Shown here: positions 38,301 to 50,062 of the stretch, one piece after another
Layout of the letters: every line of letters begins with the position of its first letter
Position numbering within the stretch: the stretch's first letter is position 1
DNA from: Vairimorpha necatrix
Lineage: Eukaryota
DNA length: 64,000 bases
NCBI GenBank assembly: GCA_036630325.1
Contig: CP142730.1
Coordinates: forward strand, 248,001-312,000
Direction: 5' to 3'
Position numbers and translations under genes: made by a program
The notes under the pieces: generated by a model
What the model was told of the DNA's origin: nothing
Databases searched by the model: none
The model's input: the letters and a program-made list of their open reading frames with translations, nothing else

Positions 38301-38751
38301 CGGTAAACTACTGACACGAAGATTAATACATGCCTTACACGTATACAACACCACATTTCACACTGGAATTATAATGACTCCAACAGAAGCATGTAATGAA
38401 GAAAATGCTGAGAAATTGAAACAAACACAACTACGGCAAATATTAAAATTCAAAACAAAGCATGAAAGGAAACCAGCGGAATACAAATTCGAAAAGGGGG
38501 ATGTTGTGATGATAAGGAACGAAGGCATAATTAAAAAAGGTGCTCCAAAATACTTAAACAGAGGAATGGTAGTTGACTCCCTCGATAATAACACTTACCT
38601 AATTGATGTTGGTTGTAGAAGATTTAAAAGGCATGCTGCACAGCTGAAATTAATAGTTGACGATATGTTTTAAGAAGGGGGATGTTGATATTTATTTTTA
38701 AATTTTATAAACCCCTAATTTTGATGAAGGACAACAATAAATCTATTGACA
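35303..38751 (+). mobile_element. intact miniature Ty3/Gypsy element, 3449 bp, identical 69-bp LTRs
   Basis: LTRs 35303-35371 and 38683-38751; perfect TSD GATTG; tRNA-Ala-type PBS TGGTGGAGAATG at 35372; PPT AAGAAGGGGGA. Confidence 0.98.
35344..38673 (+). CDS. single-ORF Gag-Pol polyprotein (1109 aa from the ATG in the LTR)
   Basis: CYKCGRRGHFARSC knuckle, LFDTGA protease, YVDD RT, TDAS RNase H, HKELLHRG..CTIC and DDE integrase; uninterrupted. Confidence 0.96.
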   Translation: MKDNNKSIDMVENGTSKPINMVITKRNLLQECKRLGMMSFFINKNDEDKIEYIIGRAEYAIIEWHEEFLESRRKCALMYEKWLESAKEVFGKKEISLGEIYRLNQDENEGIVAFIERVKEKASIYKLSDLDIVDIIAEGLNAGNSDIKKYLWSVKSIGARELQRIHSMEEEKKKEKQVDKKNNINSLLERLTALKINENSRYTGCYKCGRRGHFARSCRKYPENVRNNGKETDRSRRINEISEDIAEILNKESFIYVKDVKVAVLFDTGARYNFMSYSVIQRLSLIPKELNEEIKFWTCLEEQFSIKQYVSLEFKYKNIKCTADFYVLPKVKSEKILIGVNTIKKVMNKDKFKYICEIKTKEGCKVVEKVYPLPKKLEVEADKSIKTLIEKGYIRKSNSSWLNNLRPVIKPDGKVRITTNLVALNNLVELDRYSLPNIDEILCNLRGMKFFSTIDLKDGFFQIPLSVRDRHKTAFRYKHVLYEWTVMPQGFKNSPAIFQRYMDHVLNSELGKSCYCYVDDILVFGRNEIEHDEAYKRVTDILKQYNMNINMDKSIVKKEEVKFLGHKITYNKVLPCVKRTQALEDLEPPKDKKKVQEFLGLINYYRKFIPNCALIGGPLYDLLKGDKTFYWREAENNAFLALINSLKHSTELTQPDFNKHFKLETDASNSGIAAILSQEFEGEDKAVAFASRRLQETEIKYSISEKECLAILWGMEHFKYFLYGTDFEVITDHKALEALNKGEIKSLRIQRWLERIANFSFKIKYKKGKEIPHVDCLSRNPTNCSAEISPLPQLDSQPTINEVERTVCLEEQIEQIHKELLHRGIQSMKYEIEKRGFKVKNVEEVIRKVIKRCTICAKYNPKKDRRFLYVTAYEKGEKVAIDIIGPINNQYIITGIDYFTRYGFAKIIKSRETSKVAEFIKEINEKLKIKTLILDQSKENLGNAVKNLCADKNISLHYTSPFHHQSNGRVERFNRTLQDLIYKNITGKLLTRRLIHALHVYNTTFHTGIIMTPTEACNEENAEKLKQTQLRQILKFKTKHERKPAEYKFEKGDVVMIRNEGIIKKGAPKYLNRGMVVDSLDNNTYLIDVGCRRFKRHAAQLKLIVDDMF

Positions 38752-38826
38752 GATTGGATGCTGTATATTCTCGAAAAGTAATCGGGTCCTTGGTTTTCAC
38801 TGCCATTTATATGAATTATTGAAGAA

Positions 38827-41208
38827 TTAAATTCCTTTAGAAGTATTTTCCATCTTTGGGCACGTTGTGAGCTTGCTGAGCCAAGAAAGGTTAAATTTTT
38901 TGTAATCTGTGTAAATGGTTACTTTAGTGTCAAATATCAGATTTTTAAAATGTTTAAGGCCTTCAATGATAGCTAAAAGTTCTTTTTCAATAGTTGTGTA
39001 ATTCTTTTCGGGAGATGTGAATTTCTTGCTAAAGATTCCTATTATTTTTGTGTCTTGACATAAGATAGCTCCTATACCATGATCGCTTGCATCTGTTCTT
39101 AGCTGAAATTCTCTTTCGGGATCGGCATGATGTAATAGTATTTGTGATTTAATAATTTGGATAATTTCTTGTTTGATGTTCGTGTCTTCGTCTGTCCAAC
39201 AGAATTTTTCTTTGTCTTTTTTGCATAATTTTGCGTTCAGTTTTGCGAGTTTAGTGCTTAAATTTGGAATAAAATCTCGAAACCAATTAAAGATTCCAAG
39301 TAATCTTTGTACTTGCTTTACTGTAGTTGGATTATTAATTAAATCAATAGATGTAATTCTCGATGTGTCGGCTCTAATTCCTTCCTTGTCGATAATCAAT
39401 CCTAAATATTTAACTTCGCTCTTGTTAAATACGGATTTGTCGAAATTGATAGAACAATTTGCTCCTTGAAGTTTTTCTATAACTGTTTTAAGGTGTATAG
39501 TATGTTCTTCTGTAGATTTACTATGTATTAAAATATCGTCTAAAAATATTTTGACAAAAGGTAAGTCGCCGAGTATGGATTGCATTGCTCGTTGGAACGT
39601 TCTTGGTGCATTTGTTAATCCGAACGGCATCCGTAAAAATTCGTATTGACCAAACGGAGTGATGAAGGAGGTCTTCGGTATGTCCTCTTCTGATACGAGA
39701 ATTTGATAATAACCTTTGTTTAAGTCTAACTGAGAAAATTTAGAGCATCCATATAAGCCGTGAACTTGGTCCTTTAAGCTAGGGAAGGGAAAGGCCTCTT
39801 TTACTGTGATACTATTAAGTTTACGATAATCGATAACGAGTCTTATGTTGCCATTCTTCTTTTGGATTGGAAAAGCGGGAGATGCGAAGGGTGAGTAACT
39901 TTCTCGAATAATTCCATTTTTAAGTAAATTATGAATTTCGTCTTTAACTTGTTGATACAATTTGGTCGGTATCGCGTACGGTTTCGAGGTTATTGGTTGC
40001 GCAGAATTAAGTGAAATACTATGTGTAATCGTCTCAATTTTTCCTAGTTCCTTATTCTCTTTTTTAGCTTCTTTTATTATGTTACTAATGAGTTCTGAGT
40101 GAATGTTAAATATTTTATCTATAATTTCCTTATCAGGATGAGTTTTATAGAACGTGTTAAAACCTGGAATTTCTATTTCCTTATTGTTCAATGAGATCAA
40201 TCCTTCCTTCAGGTCCATCTTAAAGTCTTGTGCTCCTAAAAATTGGAGTCCCAAAGTAATGTCTTGTCTCATGCCTGGCATAATGAATGCGGAAAGTTTG
40301 AATGTTGTATCTTTAATTGCGTCCAATCTAAATTTTATATCGGTCTTATGATTGATCTTGATGGTGTCTCCATTTGCGACTTCTGCGACCAATTTTCCAT
40401 CCACTTCGATTTGTTTTAAATTTAATTTTCTGGCTGTTTTTTCTGAAATGTATGAAAGTGTGGCCCCAGGGTCGAATAGAATCGAAACTGGAGCGCCTTC
40501 TATTGTTCCCATAAATTCAATTTTGTCTGATGTTGTAGGTTTTTCTCGAACTAGGTTAAAAGATGAATAATTATTATGACTTTTATTTTGATTGAATGAT
40601 TTCATCTTCCTGCATTCTTCCGTGCTATGTTTCGTGGTTTTATGGTATTTGCACCATTGATTAATAGATTTTTGTGATGGGAACTGGGAATTTCGGTTAT
40701 GTTGTCTTAAATCGTCTTGATTTGTACTACAAGAGTTTTTTCTAAAATAGTTTAGATGAGATCTTCTTTCAGTTTTTTCTTCCCTTTGTTCATAGTTTGA
40801 TGAGTTGCGTAATAGTTCTAAGGGTGCTAGAAGATTAGCTAGGCTTTCAAAGTTGCTGTTTTCTGAACTTCTTACTATTTCTTGTTTCATCCAAAATGGC
40901 AAGCTTCTGCAAAAAATTTCATTCTTTTCTCGAGTGGTGAGCCTTTCATTAATTTGTAAACATAAATTACACTTAGTTAGAATTGTTGAAAATGCTTTTG
41001 TAAACTGCTGTATATTGTTGTAGTTTTTGTAATTCAAATTCCTTAGTTGGTTGATGAAGATTGAAAATCTTGATGGGTTATAATAGTGGTTTACTAAAAG
41101 TTGAAGTGCTTCCTCTGCATCCAATGCTGGGTTTATAATATAGAGAAGTTCCGGACTGATTAAGAGATGTAACGTATATAATGCTGTGGGTTCTTCCATT
41201 GACGACAA
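38827..41208 (-). CDS. Gypsy gag-protease-RT-RNase H polyprotein
   Basis: WCKYHKTTKHSTEEC, LFDPGA, FLDD, TDASD; frameshifted near the end. Confidence 0.92.
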   Translation of the reverse strand: MSSMEEPTALYTLHLLISPELLYIINPALDAEEALQLLVNHYYNPSRFSIFINQLRNLNYKNYNNIQQFTKAFSTILTKCNLCLQINERLTTREKNEIFCRSLPFWMKQEIVRSSENSNFESLANLLAPLELLRNSSNYEQREEKTERRSHLNYFRKNSCSTNQDDLRQHNRNSQFPSQKSINQWCKYHKTTKHSTEECRKMKSFNQNKSHNNYSSFNLVREKPTTSDKIEFMGTIEGAPVSILFDPGATLSYISEKTARKLNLKQIEVDGKLVAEVANGDTIKINHKTDIKFRLDAIKDTTFKLSAFIMPGMRQDITLGLQFLGAQDFKMDLKEGLISLNNKEIEIPGFNTFYKTHPDKEIIDKIFNIHSELISNIIKEAKKENKELGKIETITHSISLNSAQPITSKPYAIPTKLYQQVKDEIHNLLKNGIIRESYSPFASPAFPIQKKNGNIRLVIDYRKLNSITVKEAFPFPSLKDQVHGLYGCSKFSQLDLNKGYYQILVSEEDIPKTSFITPFGQYEFLRMPFGLTNAPRTFQRAMQSILGDLPFVKIFLDDILIHSKSTEEHTIHLKTVIEKLQGANCSINFDKSVFNKSEVKYLGLIIDKEGIRADTSRITSIDLINNPTTVKQVQRLLGIFNWFRDFIPNLSTKLAKLNAKLCKKDKEKFCWTDEDTNIKQEIIQIIKSQILLHHADPEREFQLRTDASDHGIGAILCQDTKIIGIFSKKFTSPEKNYTTIEKELLAIIEGLKHFKNLIFDTKVTIYTDYKKFNLSWLSKLTTCPKMENTSKGI

Positions 41209-41951
41209 GTTGATTATGTTTCTGTATTTATCGGTCTATTTATGGACATCTTGCAAATCGAGATCGTATAATTTTTCGATTTGAATATTTGGTCCTTTTG
41301 CTCGCCTACTTTGGTAGCGAATGTAAATGCTTCCGTTGGTTCTTGAGGTAGAGTTGTTAAGTTAGGTTGAGTTGATAAGATGTTGTTTCTTCTTGAAGCT
41401 TTAGATGGTCTTGAATCTTTGAACGTTGAATTCAACGTATGGTAACCGGTGTAAGGTGAAGAGTGAGCTGAGTAGTTAAAAGAGTTGTTTCTGTTGAAAA
41501 CCATATTTATTTACAAAATTTTCTCTTTTATATTTTATTATGAAACTATTGTTTTAGATTATTGATGAGAATCTTGAGTTTCAACATGAAACTGTTTAAA
41601 AGCTGATTATTGGTTACATTGCTGATTACTAGGTGGTAGTCTACCACAATTACAAAAATGGCCATGTACCCCGGATACATGACACATTCCATTCTTTGTT
41701 TCGATGCTCCATCTTTTTTATGTACCCTTCCTTTCTTAATTTTATTTATAGTAAATAAAATTCTAAAAAATTCAATGATTGTTTTGACATGGAGGGAAAT
41801 AACGTATAATGTTGTAGAAATACAGTTTAAAACATCATGTCCCTCTCAAAGCTTTAGCGTTTTCCTATGAAGCCATCCTGATAATCCGTATACTTTATGA
41901 CATAATCCATTTTTTTCTTTTTGAACGCCTTGTATGGTCCTATAAATTTTT

Positions 41952-43030
41952 GGATCTAGTTTGCTACGCGCCCGGAGGGAAATCTAGTTTGTTATACGCC
42001 CGGAATAAAAAATTACACATTTTATAGAGAGAAAACCTTTTCTAGCATGATAATAAAAAAGCAGCATTGTAAAAAAAACAGGCTTGTTTTAGAAGTAATT
42101 AATATTATTGCTTATGGCTAGTAAAGATAGAATTCTGATGAACACAGTCTGCTTAAACTCATCTCTGAACATCAGTTCAGCCAGAAGACCAGGAAGTTGT
42201 GCTTTTTGAACACCATACATTTTCTTAATCACAATCTTCATTTTATTCCAGAATGACTCTATGTTCTGGGTATGGGCTCCAGTTATCGGATCAACGAAAT
42301 TTGTCTTGTGGTTTACAACCAGATGACGGAATCCGAGCTCTCTTTCTATATTCACATATGATCCCCAGCTATCAGAGTGAATGATTGTGGCAGGTCTACA
42401 TATCCTAGCAATGATCGGAAGTAAAACAGCAGCTGTTCGATTAAGAACAATCTCCATATAGCACTTCGCAGGAGAGAAAGAGGTGTCTGCGATCCCAAAA
42501 ACCCACACATCACTTGATGGTGCTCTACCATGATGATGTTTGATCTTGTGGACGAACTGGCTTTCGTCGATCTGGCAAACAATACCTGGACCTCCCAATC
42601 TCATAGAATCAGCCTCGAAGTATCCTTAAAGAATAGTTCTCAGCTTGTTTATAATGGTCACGATGCTGTTTCTTCTAAATCCATGCTCGGAAATAATCTC
42701 TTTAATCTGTTTTCCCTTGCTCCAAAGTATAATCATAGCGTAGATCTCGGACAATGGCAATTTAAATTCCTCAAAAATGATCCAGTTCTAATGCTCTTTG
42801 TGCTTCTGTAGAGTCTGCACACTTTATTATTACAAGTCCAGTATATAAGGTCCGGGCCTTTCTTTGATCTCTCAACCATGCCAGATGAATACTCAGAACA
42901 GGACATACTGGCCAAAAGAAGGTTTTGTTCTCGCAGAACAGAAATCATCTCTCTAGGTGGCATTCTACGGATTTGTTCGTAACTTCCAAACTGCGACAAC
43001 CCCGTTCTCATAAGTTTAAATTTTTAAAAA
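41952..43030 (-). mobile_element. Merlin DNA transposon, one end missing
   Basis: ORFs 42733-43011 and 42089-42604 (CQIDES, IHSDSW, HTQNIESFW); terminus GGATCTAGTTTGCTACGCGCCCGG with a tandem internal copy. Confidence 0.85.
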
Positions 43031-43447
43031 CCTAGTTTGTTTCTTATAAAAAATCACCAAATAATCAATGTCCTCGATTTTTGGCTCCTGATCATTAATT
43101 ACTCCTTGGTCTTTTTATTTTTCGATCTCTCTGTATTGGTATTTCCCTTTTTTCTAAAAGGATCATTATATCATATATAGGTACTTTTATCTTGATATTT
43201 TACTACAGTTTGAATTTCTTTTTTTATTTTTTTTAGTAGTTTTAACAGCATTCCATTCACCTACTATTTCCACCATTTTATTATTTTTATTCCAGCTTCC
43301 TTTCCCAAATGCTTTATTTCTTTTATTCTCATATTTATTCCTGATATATTTAATATTAATACTATTAGTTTTCGCTGTATAATTTTTTAGGCGCTATTTC
43401 ATTTTCTTGCCTCACCCTAGAAAAAAAAATTATTTAGAAGAAATTTC

Positions 43448-44499
43448 GGTTAAGTTCGCGACTTACCCCCCCCCCCAACACCTCTAAAAAAAATAAAAAA
43501 TAAATTATTTGACCCATAATGAGAATTAAAGAATTAAGAAAACTCATCTATAAAAAAAATGAGTTAATGCAATTTTTAATTGCAAAAAACATTTTGAGGG
43601 TCCCTATGCGCAATAAATGCAATATACCAATGACTCAAAATTGGACCAACCCTAAAACTATCGTTGTTTTTTAAGACGTGGCGGTTTAAAATATTCTAAC
43701 AAAGGAACCATAATGAAACAAAGCGTTTTTAAGAACTCAAAATTGCCTATTGAGGATCTTTTAATATTGCTTTGCGAATGGGTAAAGGGTTCAAGTAATT
43801 TGCCCGCCACGTTAGAACTTGATATAGGTAAATGTACGGTATCAAGATGGTTTACGCGTTTTAATAACGCCGTGTACGTCTCCTATTCAACATATATAAA
43901 CAATCAAACGATTGGCGGCGTCGGTTGTATTGTTGAAATTGATAAAACTTTACTTGTAAAAAGTAAAAACCATGCGGGTAGGGTTCTTCAATATCAAGTA
44001 TGGGCAGTTGGAGGCGTTGTGAGAGGGGATGCAAATTTTTTTTTTTGAGATCGTAGAAAATAGAACAAGAGCTACTCTTGTTGAATTAATTACAAGAAAA
44101 TTTGCTCTGGGACCACAATTGTGACAGATTGTTGGCGTGGATATAGTGATATTCAAACAATCTGTGTAGAATATGAGTATCTACATTTGACTGTGAATCA
44201 CAGCCAAAATTTTAAAGATAATATAACTGGTGCGCATACTCAGACTATAGAGGGAATGTGGTCAGCTATTAAAAGAGAACTAAGAAAAAGCGGAACTAGT
44301 CATGGTACTATTATGAATCTTGTAAGAAAGATTTACATTAACAGATTCAAATTAATATATCGTGAAAATCTATTAGATAAAATGTTAGAATTTTTTGAAA
44401 TAGGTAATTTTAGTATTGTAGCTTATGATATTATTCCTGAAATAGATTTTACAATTGTGGATTTTTTTTAGGGGGGGGGGGTAAGTCGAAACCTTAACC
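43448..44499 (+). mobile_element. Merlin DNA transposon, frameshifted
   Basis: TIR GGTTAAG..CGACTTACCCCCC; flanked by GAAATTT; ORFs 43713-44048 and 44121-44471. Confidence 0.9.
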
Positions 44500-44565
44500 G
44501 GAAATTTAATAAAAATATTTTATAAATATATTTAAAAAATAAAGATTTAACTCCGGTTCACCACA

Positions 44566-44884
44566 AAGGCCAGGTAAAAAGCTGTTCTTTGCTCTGCATT
44601 CTCGTCTCGAACATCTATAAACTAATCTTTTCTTTCCTTTTTTAATAATATACGAGATTTGCTACGATATGATCACAAGAACTACATCGTTTGGTCAAAT
44701 CAATGATTCCAGTCTCTATCATGTAGTCTTTACATGAGGCAAAACTGGAAAACAAAGGATGTCTAAAATTATAAAAATTTCCTGTTGTCATTTGGGGGGA
44801 TTTCTTAAAAAAATAAAAATTATAAATTTTTGCTTTTCTCTATTTTGCCTGCTAAAAAATGAGGCAGTAAAACAGAGAAGCGCC
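44566..44884 (-). mobile_element. Merlin 5' fragment truncated by an LTR end (TGTGGTGAACCGG on the minus strand, from 44565)
   Basis: GGCGCTTC terminus; CCCCCAAATG start; translation MTTGNF..RCSSC..RCSRREC. Confidence 0.6.
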
Positions 44885-47800
44885 TAAGTAAATAATATTT
44901 TAAAGGTATTGAAAAAAAAACAGAACTATAAATTTTTAAATAAAAAGATCTATAAGTATGAAACAAGACTTTAATTTTAGAAGTAAACAGTATTGTAAGC
45001 ATAAACCTTAGGTACCCACCACAATTAATTCTTAAATATTTCTTCCCTTTCAATTTTTAGAAAATATTTTTTATAAATAAAAATATTGAAAAAGGGTATA
45101 AGAAATGAAAAGAAACAATCAATTAGACAGCCGATCGACTTATATGACTCCACAGCGAGATCATGCCGATAAAACTTTAATTAAAAACAAAATATTTTTT
45201 TTTTACTTATAAAACAACAACTTCGTTTCGGACACCTTCCCGAGGTTACGACAAAAAAAATATAAATATTAAAAATATAAGTATTGCAAGCACAAAACGG
45301 AAAAAGTATATTCTAAGAGTCTATGCGATTTCATAGGAACTAAAAAATTTTATAATTTGGAAAGAAAGAGAAGCGTGTCTATATAATATCCAAATACTAA
45401 AACTTAGAAAGTTTTGCAAACAAAAAATTCTGATTAATTAATTTGTTTGTAAATAATGTAATATAATCGGAATTTATTGATCTAGTTACACTTTATGCTC
45501 TATGTTTCAAATACATACAAAATATATGATTGTCTTTTGTGTAAGAGAGGGCATTTGCACACTGAGACTTGTACTGCACCGAAACTTAGCTCTTGATGAC
45601 AGGTTCATTGATAGACGTAAAAATCGATTGATTTTTTACAGTTCATTGGGCAAATTTATCTATGAAATAGATTCCTATAAAGTATTTTATTTTATAATTT
45701 CTTTTCGTTTTCAGATATCTTTAACATTCATCCTGTTATACCAACAAACATCTAGAAATTAATATAGTCAAGATCAAACATTAAGATTATAGGGAAATAA
45801 TATAATAAACATGCAAAGTTATAAATATTACAATGTTGAGCCGATACCAGCTAAATATATTTAACACAGATGTAAAAACAATATTTAAATACAAAAGTAA
45901 ATTGTAATTAAAAATTTTAAAAAGATTTGTTTAGATATATTAAAAAAGCTAAACTAAAAATGTAATAATGTCTACAGATAAATATTAACAGTTGTAATAA
46001 AATATAATAAACTTTTGAGGTTTGTTTTTAAGCTTTTAAAAACCCAAATTTTCATGGAGGAAAAGAATAAATCTATTTGTAACAACGGGATGTATACATA
46101 TATAAGAGAATAATATAATACAGTTACACGTTAAAACATATTGTATATGAACAGGGTTGGCACTGTCGTAGTTCATCAAGTCCCGCCAATCATCTTTATA
46201 AATGGATGTATTCCATTGAAACCTAAACTATATAAAATCATTCCCCCCAAAACGATAAGAAATCAAATAAAACAATTGACATGGCGACATTGCGAACAAT
46301 GCAAACTATTTCTTCGGATAACTAGGAGAAGTTGTAAATCCTAAGTACGAGATATAATGATGTTTAAAGGAGTCTCTAAGGGGACATAGCAACAAATGAA
46401 AAGGTCTTATTTTTAAAAGAAAAGAAAATGTTTATCTTGGGCATCCCAAGTCTTAGCAGAAAATGTAAATTTAATAGGTACACGACCGTTTGGAATCCGT
46501 TTTAAATTTAAAAGGACCCCCTTTCAAAAAATTGAAAATTAGCAAAAACAATGTTTGTTGAGGCAGATGAGCTTTTAGTGATAAAATGAATTTTTACATG
46601 AAAAACAATGAAAAGTTTATTTTGATAGGATTTGATGCCGAATATGCTTGCGCCTTGCTTGTTTCTGTAATTAGTAGAAATACTGCTATTTCCTTGAGGT
46701 AAAACAATTAATGTATAGCCTGTTTCTATTATGATCTCTAATCAATGGGTAGCGTATGAGGCCACATTAGACAATCAAAGGGATTGAGCACAGTACTATG
46801 AATCACTCCATCAATGAGTAACCCCTAGCGATTCTGAGACATAGTACGAAATAATTTAGTTGTTTTTGGCTCGTTTCAAAAAAAAATATTCGATCTATAC
46901 ATGATTTAATTGGAACGAAACAATGAGCACCTTTTACAGTTCCTCTGGGCAATTTATATCCCCAAAACCAACGGATAAATCGTCTTCTTTTATTATTTAA
47001 AATAAATCTATAAGTCCTTTTTTTATTATTTTTTTTATTTTTCAGAACAGGTTCCAAACGGTCATGTACCACTTAATAAGTATAGCAGACATTATAAAAA
47101 AAATGTCTATGTTAAAGATAATTGTAAGTTAAGGGTTAAATTTATTCAATATATATTCTCAACAGGTCAATTTCCACTTTACACCCCCCCTACATATTTA
47201 AATACAAATTTTCAAAATATCCCTTTTTGGAAACCAAAATGGAAAGAGAAGGAGAAAATTTTATAATAATAACTTTATTAATTCATCAAAATAATTATGT
47301 TTTGAGTTTCTAAGCAACAAAATTTAATAAATAGGGCAGTATTAAATCTTTTGTTCTTCATCTTACCGGTGTTAGGCGTTTAACGGCAGACCAATTCCCT
47401 TCTATAGTGTTAGTATGAACACCTGTGATAGTATATACAAACCACTTACTATGATTAACTGTATTATAAGCAGCTATTATCTGGCTCATTTTCGAATATT
47501 ATTTCCACATATCAGAATAGGCTGTTTATTGTTTATCAACATATGTAGAAATCAGACTTAATAACATATCTTTGTTCCTATTTGCGACAGGTACTAATAG
47601 AATTTTTCTTTCTAAAGTTCGTTCGACCATCCCAAATATCCATACTCCCTCTACTTTATGTCCAACGTTGTATTTACGTTTTCCAAATTTGCTTTCGTCT
47701 ACTACAACTATTATCTTTGAATCGCCTAGTGTTCCTTTTGCCGTTTTCATGTATATGATATAAACTTCATCAAGCAAAAACAGTTGAAGACATCTCGGCT

Positions 47801-47968
47801 AATATCAGCTTTAGTGTAAAAAAAATGGGGGGTCAAAATTTTTAAAAAATTGCCTCTTTTAAAAAAGGAAGGGAAGAGAAAACTTCAGAAAAAAAAAAAA
47901 ACAAAACGTATTTGGGATGTAAAAATATAATAAAATTGTATTAAAATAGGTAAAATATATCAAAAACA

Positions 47969-49363
47969 GGTTAAATTGCGATGTTACCCCCCCCCCCACC
48001 CCTAAAAAAATAAAAAAAAGGGGAAAAAATAAAAAAAAGACAAAACTAAAAAAGGAATAAAATTATGCCCCTAAAATGAACATAAAACATTTTAGAAAAT
48101 TACAATATAAAAAAGAGGAATTATTTTTATTTCTTCTTGAAAAAATTATATTAAAGGTACCAATGTGCAATAAGTTCATGACACCCATGACCAAAATTAG
48201 AAATAATTTGGACAAATATCGTTGTTACTTACGACGAAATGGGGAAAAATGCTCAAACAAAGGTAACATTTACAAAGAAAGCATTTTTAAAAGTTCTAGA
48301 TTAGATGATTAGATATCGAAGATCTTTTAATTTTGCTTTGTGAATGGGTTAAAGGTGTAAGCAATGTTTCGGCTACTATCGAATTGGATATAGATAGTAG
48401 TACCGTATCTCGCTACTTTACGCGTTTTAATAACGCTGTATTCTTATCCTATTTCAACTACCTTCAAAACAAAACCATAGGAGGTTTAAATTGCGTAGTT
48501 GAAATAGACGAGACATTGCTTGTTAAAAGTAAAAACCATAACGGTCGAATCCTCCAATACCAAGTTTGGGCCGTTGGTGGAGTTGTACGAGGAGACAGCA
48601 ATTCTTTTTTTTCGAAATTGTTGAAAATCGATTAAGAACTACTCTTGTCGATTTAATAAAACGAAAAATCGCACTCAGATCTACAATTATTACTGATTGT
48701 TGGCGGGGTTATGAAGGGTTTTCGGAACTATGTCCGGATTATAACTATTTACATTTAACTGTAAATCATAGCCAAAATTTTGTAAATCCAACAACAGGCG
48801 CCACACCCAAACAATTGAGGGAATGTGGTCTGTAATTAAAAGGTGTGGTGAACCGGGGGTAGATCCCCATTTTTTAAGTATTTTTCTAAAATACTTTTAT
48901 TAAATTTCTTTTTATTTTTATAACTGTTGTTTTCTTGTTGGTTATAATTCTTATTCATTCTTTATTCTGTTGTACCCTTCTTTCAAAAATAAATATTTAT
49001 AATAAAAATATATAAACAAACAAACAAATAAAATAAACAAACAAATAAAATAAGAATCATAAAGTCGTGACTGAAGGTCATGACAAAAGGGAATTGCGCA
49101 AAGAAGGAACAAGCCATGGTTCTTTAATGAATCTCATTCGAAAACTTTATATAGCTCGTTTTAAGTTAATTTATAGAGAATCACTACTTGAAAGAATGTT
49201 ATGCTTTTTTGAGATTGATAATATATCATTTTTAAATTACGATTTAGCGCCCGAATTTGATTTTGAATTGATTGAATAAATTTTGTTTCCCCTTTTATTT
49301 ATTTTTTCCCCTTTTTTTTATTTTTTTAGGGGTGGGGGGGGGGGGTAACATCGCAATTTAACC
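47969..49363 (+). mobile_element. Merlin DNA transposon, disrupted
   Basis: TIR GGTTAAATTGCGATGTTACCCC; ORFs 48076-48835 and 49067-49279. Confidence 0.92.
48844..49085. mobile_element. solo LTR, 242 bp
   Basis: TGTGGTGA..TCATGACA; perfect TSD AAAGG; interrupts the transposase at IKR|ELRK. Confidence 0.9.
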
Positions 49364-49570
49364 CTTTAATATATTTTTTTCAAGAAGAAATAAAAATAAT
49401 TCCTCCTTTTTATATATTAATTTTCTAAAATTCTTTATGTTCTTTTTAGGGGCATAATTTTATTCCTTTTTTATTTTCCCCCTTTTTTTTTATTTTTTCC
49501 CCTTTTTTTTATTTTTTCCCCTTTTTTTTATTTTTTTAGGGGTGTGGGAGGGTAAGTCGAGAACTTAACC
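49364..49570 (-). mobile_element. Merlin 5' end fragment
   Basis: GGTTAAGTTCTCGACTTACC terminus; start of a transposase like the one at 48076. Confidence 0.75.
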
Positions 49571-50062
49571 TAAAGATGGTATAAGACCTGTTGGAAATCT
49601 TAGCAAAAATACTATCCTGAATTATATAAATTATCTGGATTCTCCGAGATTCAATTATAATAAGAAAGCTTTATTGTATTTCGCTTATTACATAAGAAAT
49701 GATGAAAGTCATGATAATAAAATGGATATAATTGAAGAAAATGAAAATGATATGAGAAGAGAGGATAAGAATGATGATGAAAATGTATTTAGAGGAAGGA
49801 AGAGAAGAAATTAAATCTAATAAAATATTAGGATTTAAAATATCGAAAAGACTTTCAGACGACGCATACCTAGTTTTAAATGGAAAGTCGAAACTCAGAA
49901 CCAATAAAGCTCATTTAAAGTCTGTTATTAGAGGTGAGGGGATGTCGTAGTTACTTACGCTTAAACCGAGCATTTATAATGCTTGGATATTTCTTTATAT
50001 TTTTATAATATTTTAACCCCATCTTATGGAAGAAGGAAGTCAAATAAACCGTTTTACTAACA
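49571..50062 (+). mobile_element. Gypsy 3' fragment with an LTR of about 120 bp (49943-50062)
   Basis: PPT GAGGTGAGGGGA, then TGTCGTA..TACTAACA; upstream translation resembles an integrase tail (AHLK). Confidence 0.6.

Larger units (their letters stand above)
33937..41648 (-). mobile_element. young Ty3/Gypsy element with identical 211-bp LTRs, interrupted by 35303-38751
   Basis: LTRs 33937-34147 and 41438-41648; perfect TSD ATTAC; PPT AGGGGGAAA; palindrome in place of a PBS. Confidence 0.96.
33648..41684 (+). mobile_element. solo LTR (33648-33936 + 41654-41684) split by a Gypsy insertion
   Basis: TGTGATGTA..TACATGACA ends; TSD CATTC on both sides. Confidence 0.85.
25886..43390 (-). mobile_element. 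3' end of a Gypsy-type element whose LTR (25886-25928 + 33584-33647 + 41685-41834) is split by nested insertions
   Basis: The rejoined pieces align with the LTR at 62708-62958. PPT and ORF tail (41850-41950, 43031-43390) align with 62960-63440. Confidence 0.8.

Noticed and set aside
44036-44048. programmed frameshift at the T-run in Merlin transposases (also near 48605)
   Set aside because: The relative at 22326-22907 reads through in frame, so homopolymer slippage or sequencing error is simpler.
44885-47164. possible genes in a unique AT-rich stretch
   Set aside because: No long ORF or recognisable domain.
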